Assembly: GCA_900617105.1 (NCBI GenBank)
Contig: UYFQ01000166.1
Coordinates: 1-37,170, forward strand
Reading direction: 5' to 3'
Source of the DNA: Hydrurus foetidus
Lineage: Eukaryota
DNA: 37,170 bases
The notes under the pieces were generated by a model that saw only the letters and a program-made list of their open reading frames with translations, ran no database searches and was not told where the DNA came from. A program made the position numbers and the translations under genes. This document shows, piece after piece, positions 11,236-20,600 of the stretch. The number at the start of each line of letters is the position of its first letter. Position 1 is the first letter of the stretch.

Positions 11236-13992
11236 TCACACCGGCATATCTTCGTCACGCAGGTTGTATGGAACCAGCGCCTTCAGTCCGACGTTCTCGA
11301 GGTAGGTGTGTAGCTGGTCCGTGAGTCTCAGAGCACTCCATGCTCCCATGAGTTGTGTTCCTCACTATAGTTAAGCCACTTGGCGAGGAAAGTCAGTGTG
11401 GAGACTTTCTTGGTGTTGCCTTTATGCGCTGTGATCGCCTCGATATAGAACTTCATGTAGTCGCGGCGAGCCGAATCCATTGGCTCGATCTTGGTCGGAT
11501 CGAACAGGCAGATCTTGAGTTTGAAGCGTGGATTCTTTTAGTCTTCTTAGAGACGATGTTCAAGAGGACGCACACTGAATCTCGATGGGAGATCACCTCC
11601 ATCGGGCCTTGCCAGCGTGTATGTAGTCGCGTAGGCGGGCCTGTAGCGTACTGAGCTAGTACGTACGAACCGATGGGGAATACGGTTGGGTCCAGCTGAT
11701 CCGTTCAGCGTTGTGCCGCGTTTTCCTGCGCCATCTCTTGGACTGTTCTGTGCGCTGTATCCTGAGCATTAATTATGTCCGCCATGATGCGTGAGCCTGG
11801 CGTCTTTGATGGGAGGGCTTGTTGAAAGGGCGTGAGGATGCCTTTGTTCAAGTCGAGGCGGTTGCCGAAGAGTAGGTTACCCGGTGACACTCCTATGGAG
11901 CCATGAACTGAGCTGTTCATGATCCGTTGGACGAATAGGAGGCAGAGCTTGTATTGGTCCATCTCGAGTGTCTCGAACACAAACTAGCGTAGGTGGCGGT
12001 TAACATCTTTGTTGACCCGCTTCACAATGGAGTTCTCCTCCTTCGAATAGGCCAGGGTGAGGTTGTGCGGTGTTCCAACCGCAAGTAGAAACTTCTCAAT
12101 GAGTTCGTTAGCGAAGTGTGGTCCACGATCGGAACGTATAAGGTTGGGTGAACCGAACCGACCGAAGTGTTCTAGAAGACAGCGGCATGCTGACTCCGCC
12201 GTACTGTCCTTGCAGTGGAACAGCTCTGTCCATCTTAAAAATGAGTCGACGATGACTGGCACGTGTGTGCCGTCGGAGAAGGGGCCGATGAAGTCGATGT
12301 TGAGAACATCGAATAGTATTTCACCCGCTGTTATGAACTTGCGTACGTTGATAGGGATGCGTACCGCACTCATCTTTTGGCAGCACGGACAATACCGTAC
12401 GAATAACCGGACGTGGTTGCGTATGTACGGCCAAGAGCGGCCCATGAGGCCAAGCTTATGCATCGTGCGGTCTACGCCGCCGTGGCCGACGCGGAAGTTG
12501 TGGGCTTGCTTTATCCAGTCCGACTCCTCTTCCGAAGCGAGTGGGCAGGTGGTGAGTGCTGCTACAATGAAACCTGGAGCGTCCATAACTCTAGGGGTGT
12601 AGTCCATGGCTAGTTCCATGAGGTTAGGGCGCAGGCGTGACAAGGTGTCTGCCCATTTGTTCTGGCAGCCTGGCACGAAATGTATCTTGAAGTCCAGTTC
12701 TTGCATCGCTATGGACCAGCGAGTGACCATCGAGTTGGGGTTATTGTTCATATACGTCAGATTTAGGTGATCTGTGTGTATAGTGAACACCCGGTCTCGG
12801 AGGAGAGTGTCCATTTGTTGGCAGCAATGGAAGATTGCGTATGCCTCCTTCTGTATCGTTGACCAACGAGATTGGGTGGCGTTGAAGGACTTGCTGACGA
12901 ACGCGGTAGGTCGCCAGATGCTGTCAACGATTTGGAACAAAACACCGCCTATACCGTAGTCGGAAGCGTCCGTATACAGCCGTATAGGTGCGTCAGTGTC
13001 GTCCAGAAAGTGCATGAGTGGGCAATGCGATATGTCTGTTCTTATAGCCTGGAACGCGTCTGAACTACCCTGTGTCCACTTTAGTGATGAGTTATTCTTG
13101 CCCTTGTGGTCGATCATATCTTGAAGCGGCTTTACTATTAATGAGTGATTTGGTACGAATCCCCGTAAATAGTTCGCCAGTCCCAACAGGGATTCTAGTG
13201 CGTGGAGGTTCCGCGGTTTCTCAAAGTTGAGCACTGACTGGATCTTGACCATTGACATTGGCAGTCCATCTTTAGAGATGACGCGCCCGACATACTCTAT
13301 CTTGGGCAGGCCGAATTTGCATTTTTTAGCCTTGAGTAGAAGGCCGCGCTCTCGGAAGCGCTGGAATACCTCCTTCAGTCTGGTAAGAAACTGACCTTCA
13401 TATGATGCATAGACAATGCAGTCGTCCAAGTACATCTCACAGGAGACGTACAGTATTGAAGGACTTTGGTGACCATTTGCTCCTGGAAGTAGGAGGGGGC
13501 CCGTTTCGGTCCGAACGGTAACCGTGTAAATTGTTACAATCCGCAAAAACACAGGAGTGCAGTAAACACTCGGCGTGGTGGGTATAGTGGGGCCTGATGA
13601 TATCCCGCAGTCAGGTCCATGACACCAAACACAGTCGGTTTGTTGTGTCCAATTCTTTCGAATAGCCCGCGGATGTTGGGGAGGGGCCAGCTGGCGGGCT
13701 TGATGCAATCGTTGAGGTTCCTGTAGTCGATGCAGACCCGCACTTTATCTTCTGTCTTCTGTACAATCACGGGGTGACTGTAATAAGAGGCGTTTGATTT
13801 CTCAATGACGCCATCAGCAAGCATCGTTTTGATAGCTTTCTCTATCTCGATGTTGTTCTTGACCGACTGGGGTCGACACGGGGTCCTGTTCCCTGGGGTC
13901 TCCCACAGTGGTTCCTCCACGTTAAACCGGAACGGTGTTAGGTCCGCGGCTCTTTCTGCGAGCACATCACTGAAGATGTCTCGGTATTCCAT
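11236..13992 (-). pseudogene. pol: Gypsy B pol: RT, RNase H, integrase, chromodomain
   Basis: CIDYRNLN, YLDD (13421-13432), YTDASDYGIGGVL, H..H..CPCC, IDFIGP, SDRGPHF, WQGPM, hand-translated chromodomain FYIEAITAH..FLAKWLNYSEEHNSWE, final stop at 11236. In-frame stops at 13534, 11984, 11705; frameshifts near 13460, 11520, 11342. Confidence 0.93.
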
Positions 13993-14003
13993 GACAAGAT
14001 CTT

Positions 14004-16799
14004 TTAATCTGTGTACTTGGTCTCACTACCAGCGAACACAAATTGTTCCAGGAAAGCTTTGGTGTCGTCCTCCACTCTATGAAGGTCCTTGTTGTTGCTG
14101 AAGAAAGCACCGAAAGTGTCGACTTTCTCATTATCAATCTCATCGACGGAGACTATGATACCACTGGGCTTAACGCAGACAGGGTGGAGAATATCTTCGC
14201 TTGTTATAAGTGGTGTGTGCGAAGGGGTGTGAGGGAGGTCGACACCCGGACGCGGTGTATCGTCCGTACGTACAGCCAAGGCAGCAACTACGTTGCCTGG
14301 AAGCTGACGACCCTCGTTGCCACGAGCCGGGCGGTTAGCAAGACCGTTGTGGGCTGCACACTTACAATCTGGCGAGCATATAGTCTGCTGAGTGTCGGTG
14401 ACGGGTACCAAAGATGCAACGACATGGTCTATGGTAGACGGTGTGGGACCATACTTAGCCTTCATCTTCTCAGCGAGTTTCGCCCTTTCCTTTGCTGCTT
14501 TCTTACGCTGTGAGGGGTTCAACTTCTCAGAAGTACGCGCTGGCAACGTCTTCGGTTCAGCGACAGCCGGTGTCGAAGCAATCACCTTAAAGGGAAGAGG
14601 TTTCGCTTTGGCCGTCTTACGCGAATAGTCCTTAGGGGGCTTATCCGGTTTATCCGAGACGGGCTTTTTAGCTGCCAAAGGTGGCAGTTGTGGTGCGGAC
14701 GGTGTTTTGAAACCCAAAGCGGATGGTGTCAAAATGTTAAAATTATTTATCGCTAGGGTTGTCCGACCCACAATTAAATCGATTTCTTGGTCAGGGTTAA
14801 CGTTAACCGTGAAGTACACCGTGTGTATTATATCATCGTGTGATTGAAAAATGATGCCTATGTCTACAACATTGACACTCAGATAGCAGGTGCGATCCAG
14901 GCCACTGCATACAGTCATGGGAACAGGTGAGGTGTAGATGTAAGGCAGTGCATTCATCCTGACTAGACAGTCACGCGAGATGAAATTCCCTGGAAAGCTA
15001 CCCGTGTCCAGCAGCGCATCCCCCTCGACTTGTTTCGAATGTCCCATTACCGCGTCTTGAGTGTCTTTACGCTGTACAGCAAAGATATTACAAGACAGGT
15101 AATCAGTCGGGTTAGTCGAGATGGGAGGTTGCACATCCGAGGGTACAAGGTCCGTACGTACGGGGATGGGTAAGACAACTGAAAGTGCAGGTAACGCAGT
15201 AAGCGGCTGTATGGCAGCAACAATGTCAGATGCAGGCGCGAGTGCATGGACAGAGTCTACAGCAGCTAGAGACTTACTTCCTTTGTTGGATCTTGGTTGG
15301 GAACTGCTCCTTGGCTGGGAGCTGCCCCTGGCTCTGTTGTGGCGTGATCCCTGTCCGCCTCCCTTCTTGTTGTCGTACTTACGACTGTCTCGGCGGTCAT
15401 CGTCTCTGTCACGACTGCGTTCACGGTTGGAAGAACGGCCACGGTCTGCGCGTCGCTCGCGTGCTTTGCGTTCGTTCAGATCGCGGTCGTCTCTCTCCCG
15501 CTCCTGCAGCGTGCGTCGGTCTCGTGCGGGACGGTCGTCCTCAGACTCACTGTTGTAACGGACACGTTTGGATGTATCCGCATCCTCTGAGGACTCCTCC
15601 GCGCGTTTCTTCCGACGAAGCTCCCATCCTGGTAGATACAGGTGCTCTACGAAGGTGTCATGACCCTCAGCCATCCATGCCTTTCCCATCGTAGACTCAC
15701 TCCATAGCACGTGGTGTTGGTTGTTCGTGTCATGTAAGCCTTTGAAGGGGCAATCCGCTACACGGTGTGTTGCGAAACCGCAGCACTGGCATTCAGCCGG
15801 ATCCGAGTTGTATGCTCGGCGCTCGCTCCTTTGTTGCACTAGGTCTGACGTCGAGCGGGTGGAGGCTGACGCAGCAGTGTTGCTGGGACCAGACCATCCA
15901 GACGCTGATGTCATAGGCTTGACGCTAGTGGGTGGGAAGGTGTGGACGATTGAGGTATCACCGTACTGAGCTACCTTGAACAACACTTGGCGTGCGACTG
16001 CGAGTGTCTTGCAGAACCGGTAGACGCATGTCAACCAGATGTCTTCGACTTGAGGGCTCTTGGGGTTCGATACGAACGCTACCATCCTCTCGACTTTGTC
16101 TGCCTTCTTTATGTCGAAGTAGTCGTGGCGGATCTGGGACTCTTCCGCCGCGACACGCTTCTCGAAGATCTTGATGAGGTCTCGCTGCTGTTCCTCTGTG
16201 ATCTTCCCCACCGTGCGGGTGTACCCCTTGATGACCTCCTTGTAATCTGCCATCATCAGTATTTCATGATCTTCATTATCAACGCAGTACTGGAGTTTGA
16301 CTTTGGAAAACACTTCAGCCAGGGTCTTCTTCTCGTCGTGTCTTTTGCCAAAGTATTGGCTGACGAGACGGGCGATCTGATGGTGTGAGAGCCTAGTCCT
16401 CCACAGGGATACCTCAGACTTGTTCAGGACCTTCAGCGGAGGATCGCACCGGATTTTCATGTCCACCGTATCCATAGCCGCTTCTGTCATTGTCTGCTGG
16501 ATGTCAATGGAATCCCCCATGGTGACAGCCTGTGTGAGGAACCTCCCTGCTTGATCCGAGCTTATGAGAGTGTTCTGTAACACAAAGAGTTTCTTGTTGA
16601 AAGAAAGAGCTTTGGTTCTTGATGAAGCCAGGGAGTTCTGGGTCTCTCCTCCCCTTGATGTTAAAGACAGGTTTAATTCATAAACCGGGCTTGGAGGATC
16701 CGCATTCCCTGTTTCCACATACCTCCTGATCTCCTCCTCTGTTAACTCTGGTATCTCTGGAGGAGGGGAGGGAGTTGGAAGCGGTTGTTCTGGTGTCAT
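14004..16799 (-). CDS. gag: Gypsy B Gag-protease polyprotein (931 aa; ends after an apparent frameshift near 14020)
   Basis: Zinc knuckle CQCCGFATHRVADC, R/D/E/S-rich tract, aspartic protease ALLDTGS..FIS..DLIVG; shifted frame continues QVHRLKDLVMEYRDIFS into RT. Confidence 0.9.
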   Translation of the reverse strand: MTPEQPLPTPSPPPEIPELTEEEIRRYVETGNADPPSPVYELNLSLTSRGGETQNSLASSRTKALSFNKKLFVLQNTLISSDQAGRFLTQAVTMGDSIDIQQTMTEAAMDTVDMKIRCDPPLKVLNKSEVSLWRTRLSHHQIARLVSQYFGKRHDEKKTLAEVFSKVKLQYCVDNEDHEILMMADYKEVIKGYTRTVGKITEEQQRDLIKIFEKRVAAEESQIRHDYFDIKKADKVERMVAFVSNPKSPQVEDIWLTCVYRFCKTLAVARQVLFKVAQYGDTSIVHTFPPTSVKPMTSASGWSGPSNTAASASTRSTSDLVQQRSERRAYNSDPAECQCCGFATHRVADCPFKGLHDTNNQHHVLWSESTMGKAWMAEGHDTFVEHLYLPGWELRRKKRAEESSEDADTSKRVRYNSESEDDRPARDRRTLQERERDDRDLNERKARERRADRGRSSNRERSRDRDDDRRDSRKYDNKKGGGQGSRHNRARGSSQPRSSSQPRSNKGSKSLAAVDSVHALAPASDIVAAIQPLTALPALSVVLPIPVRTDLVPSDVQPPISTNPTDYLSCNIFAVQRKDTQDAVMGHSKQVEGDALLDTGSFPGNFISRDCLVRMNALPYIYTSPVPMTVCSGLDRTCYLSVNVVDIGIIFQSHDDIIHTVYFTVNVNPDQEIDLIVGRTTLAINNFNILTPSALGFKTPSAPQLPPLAAKKPVSDKPDKPPKDYSRKTAKAKPLPFKVIASTPAVAEPKTLPARTSEKLNPSQRKKAAKERAKLAEKMKAKYGPTPSTIDHVVASLVPVTDTQQTICSPDCKCAAHNGLANRPARGNEGRQLPGNVVAALAVRTDDTPRPGVDLPHTPSHTPLITSEDILHPVCVKPSGIIVSVDEIDNEKVDTFGAFFSNNKDLHRVEDDTKAFLEQFVFAGSETKYTD

Positions 16800-17000
16800 C
16801 TTGTCTGAAGAGCTGCTAAGCAGGCGGCTCTGATCGGAGTGCTTCTTGATTTAATTCCTCTAAGATCACTTCCTCTCGAAGAAAATTTGCAAGAGATTTG
16901 CCTCGTGTCGTATCGGTTGGACAGGTCTCTGATCGATAGGTATTAGCAATATAAGCACTAAAGAAAATCAGTAAAAGTCTTCGTCAGGAAGCACTTGATT

Positions 17001-17018
17001 CCGATCTTCGGCTCACCA
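17001..17018 (-). promoter_or_regulatory. Candidate tRNA primer-binding site of B (valid only if the LTR is ~664 bp)
   Basis: Minus strand ..TCAGCA-GGT-TGGTGAGCCGAAGATCGG: CA, 3 nt, TGG geometry. No tRNA match verified. Confidence 0.35.
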
Positions 17019-17050
17019 ACCTGCTGATGATTGCCCACGAAGTCTTGTGC

Positions 17051-17266
17051 AATTCAGATAGGGGATACCTATGTTGCTTCAAGCAGGAATTGCCTTCTGT
17101 TCTTCAGCTGGCGTCGAAACGGCTTAGAGCTGACAACCGACGTGGCGATCGGGTATCCGTGAAGATTTTGAGCTCTCCTCCTTTGAAGATCTTGATAGCG
17201 CTTTGGGTTTTTGGGGCTTGAAAGTCCAGATCGGCTTTTGAAATTCAGATAGGGGATACCTATGTT
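17051..17266. repeat. 25 bp direct repeat pair AATTCAGATAGGGGATACCTATGTT (17051-17075, 17242-17266), present in each monomer
   Basis: Exact duplicate visible; each contains the hairpin ATAGG-GGATA-CCTAT. Confidence 0.92.
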
Positions 17267-17468
17267 TCACCGATGTCGCTAGGTTACGTGAAACGTGTCG
17301 TTAAATTGACAACGTTTGCTTCCGATCCTGAGTTCTCCAACCAAATGCTTTGGAATGACTTCTGACAACTCGGTGGACCGCGTGAAGAGAAGTCTAGCTA
17401 AATAGATGGATGGTAGTAGAGGGCCAGGTAGTAGAACTTAGAGGGAAAAGCGGAACGAGTAGATCTAC

Positions 17469-17685
17469 TGTAGTCCAAAAGAAGCTAGAAGAGTGGCAGA
17501 GTGGTAGTTTAGGCTTACAACGAGAAAGAGTGGGTGAGCTCGCAGAGGTGTAAAACTCTGCATGCAAGAGTTGCAAGGTAAGCTAACAAGCTGCGAGATG
17601 TCAGGAGGACTCTCAGCCACATGTACAAACGGCTATACGGTACTAGAGAGGGTAGGAATGTGATACTAAATCCTGTACCATCACA
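17469..17685 (-). repeat. 5' LTR of B (first LTR copy of the array, 217 bp)
   Basis: Matches 10745-10960 except one extra A (ccaaaa) and one G>A (ctgcgagatg). Confidence 0.9.
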
Positions 17686-20600
17686 GTATGGGAAACAAGT
17701 CGATGAGTACGTGTCTTGTGCAATTCAGATAGGGGATACCTATGTTGCTTCAAGCAGGAATTGCCTTCTGTTCTTCAGCTGGCGTCGAAACGGCTTAGAG
17801 CTGACAACCGACGTGGCGATCGGGTATCCGTGAAGATTTTGAGCTCTCCTCCTTTGAAGATCTTGATAGCGCTTTGGGTTTTTTGGGGCTTGAAAGTCCA
17901 GATCGGCTTTTGAAATTCAGATAGGGGATACCTATGTTTCACCGATGTCGCTAGGTTACGTGAAACGTGTCGTTAAATTGACAACGTTTGCTTCCGATCC
18001 TGAGTTCTCCAACCAAATGCTTTGGAATGACTTCTGACAACTCGGTGGACCGCGTGAACAGAAGTCTAGCTAAATAGATGGATGGTAGTAGAGGGCCAGG
18101 TAGTAGAACTTAGAGGGAAAAGCGGAACGAGTAGATCTACTGTAGTCCAAAGAAGCTAGAAGAGTGGCAGAGTGGTAGTTTAGGCTTACAACGAGAAAGA
18201 GTGGGTGAGCTCGCAGAGGTGTAAAACTCTGCATGCAAGAGTTGCAAGGTAAGCTAACAAGCTGCGGGATGTCAGGAGGACTCTCAGCCACATGTACAAA
18301 CGGCTATACGGTACTAGAGAGGGTAGGAATGTGATACTAAATCCTGTACCATCACAGTATGGGAAACAAGTCGATGAGTACGTGTCTTGTGCAATTCAGA
18401 TAGGGGATACCTATGTTGCTTCAAGCAGGAATTGCCTTCTGTTCTTCAGCTGGCGTCGAAACGGCTTAGAGCTGACAACCGACGTGGCGATCGGGTATCC
18501 GTGAAGATTTTGAGCTCTCCTCCTTTGAAGATCTTGATAGCGCTTTGGGTTTTTTGGGGCTTGAAAGTCCAGATCGGCTTTTGAAATTCAGATAGGGGAT
18601 ACCTATGTTTCACCGATGTCGCTAGGTTACGTGAAACGTGTCGTTAAATTGACAACGTTTGCTTCCGATCCTGAGTTCTCCAACCAAATGCTTTGGAATG
18701 ACTTCTGACAACTCGGTGGACCGCGTGAACAGAAGTCTAGCTAAATAGATGGATGGTAGTAGAGGGCCAGGTAGTAGAACTTAGAGGGAAAAGCGGAACG
18801 AGTAGATCTACTGTAGTCCAAAGAAGCTAGAAGAGTGGCAGAGTGGTAGTTTAGGCTTACAACGAGAAAGAGTGGGTGAGCTCGCAGAGGTGTAATACTC
18901 TGCATGCAAGAGTTGCAAGGTAAGCTAACAAGCTGCGGGATGTCAGGAGGACTCTCAGCCACATGTACAAACGGCTATACGGTACTAGAGAGGGTAGGAA
19001 TGTGATACTAAATCCTGTACCATCACAGTATGGGAAACAAGTCGATGAGTACGTGTCTTGTGCAATTCAGATAGGGGATACCTATGTTGCTTCAAGCAGG
19101 AATTGCCTTCTGTTCTTCAGCTGGCGTCGAAACGGCTTAGAGCTGACAACCGACGTGGCGATCGGGTATCCGTGAAGATTTTGAGCTCTCCTCCTTTGAA
19201 GATCTTGATAGCGCTTTGGTTTTTTTGGGGCTTGAAAGTCCAGATCGGCTTTTGAAATTCAGATAGGGATACCTATGTTTCACCGATGTCGCTAGGTTAC
19301 GTGAAACGTGTCGTTAAATTGACAACGTTTGCTTCCGATCCTGAGTTCTCCAACCAAATGCTTTGGAATGACTTCTGACAACTCGGTGGACCGCGTGAAC
19401 AGAAGTCTAGCTAAATAGATGGATGGTAGTAGAGGGCCAGGTAGTAGAACTTAGAGGGAAAAGCGGAACGAGTAGATCTACTGTAGTCCAAAGAAGCTAG
19501 AAGAGTGGCAGAGTGGTAGTTTAGGCTTACAACGAGAAAGAGTGGGTGAGCTCGCAGAGGTGTAAAACTCTGCATGCAAGAGTTGCAAGGTAAGCTAACA
19601 AGCTGCGGGATGTCAGGAGGACTCTCAGCCACATGTACAAACGGCTATACGGTACTAGAGAGGGTAGGAATGTGATACTAAATCCTGTACCATCACAGTA
19701 TGGGAAACAAGTCGATGAGTACGTGTCTTGTGCAATTCAGATAGGGGATACCTATGTTGCTTCAAGCAGGAATTGCCTTCTGTTCTTCAGCTGGCGTCGA
19801 AACGGCTTAGAGCTGACAACCGACGTGGCGATCGGGTATCCGTGAAGATTTTGAGCTCTCCTCCTTTGAAGATCTTGATAGCGCTTTGGTTTTTTGGGGC
19901 TTGAAAGTCCAGATCGGCTTTTGAAATTCAGATAGGGGATACCTATGTTTCACCGATGTCGCTAGGTTACGTGAAACGTGTCGTTAAATTGACAACGTTT
20001 GCTTCCGATCCTGAGTTCTCCAACCAAATGCTTTGGAATGACTTCTGACAACTCGGTGGACCGCGTGAATAGAAGTCTAGCTAAATAGATGGATGGTAGT
20101 AGAGGGCCAGGTAGTAGAACTTAGAGGGAAAAGCGGAACGAGTAGATCTACTGTAGTCCAAAGAAGCTAGAAGAGTGGCAGAGTGGTAGTTTAGGCTTAC
20201 AACGAGAAAGAGTGGGTGAGCTCGCAGAGGTGTAAAACTCTGCATGCAAGAGTTGCAAGGTAAGCTAACAAGCTGCGGGATGTCAGGAGGACTCTCAGCC
20301 ACATGTACAAACGGCTATACGGTACTAGAGAGGGTAGGAATGTGATACTAAATCCTGTACCATCACAGTATGGGAAACAAGTCGATGAGTACGTGTCTTG
20401 TGCAATTCAGATAGGGGATACCTATGTTGCTTCAAGCAGGAATTGCCTTCTGTTCTTCAGCTGGCGTCGAAACGGCTTAGAGCTGACAACCGACGTGGCG
20501 ATCGGGTATCCGTGAAGATTTTGAGCTCTCCTCCTTTGAAGATCTTGATAGCGCTTTGGGTTTTTGGGGCTTGAAAGTCCAGATCGGCTTTTGAAATTCA

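Larger units (their letters stand above)
10745..17685 (-). mobile_element. Chromodomain-bearing Ty3/Gypsy element B, near full length, coding-defective
   Basis: Direct terminal repeats 10745-10960 and 17469-17685 flank gag-PR-RT-RH-IN-chromodomain. Confidence 0.95.

Noticed and set aside
14004..14030. Programmed frameshift between protease and RT shared by A and B
   Set aside because: The shifts fall at non-homologous positions (A near 2285, B near 14020) with no clear slippery site; decay or read error is simpler.
15026..15037. 12 nt match (TCGACTTGTTTC) to the reverse complement of the spacer as its source
   Set aside because: Does not extend on either side; compatible with chance.
11355..16388. 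Plus-strand ORFs over B (e.g. 12057-12602, 14043-14513, 15121-15558)
   Set aside because: Antisense shadows of gag-pol with no independent motifs.
17681..17700. Plus-strand PBS-like CA-GTA-TGGGAAACAAG making the monomer a plus-oriented TRIM
   Set aside because: Opposite to B's polarity, no tRNA match recognised, and the purine run ends about 17 nt before the next LTR.
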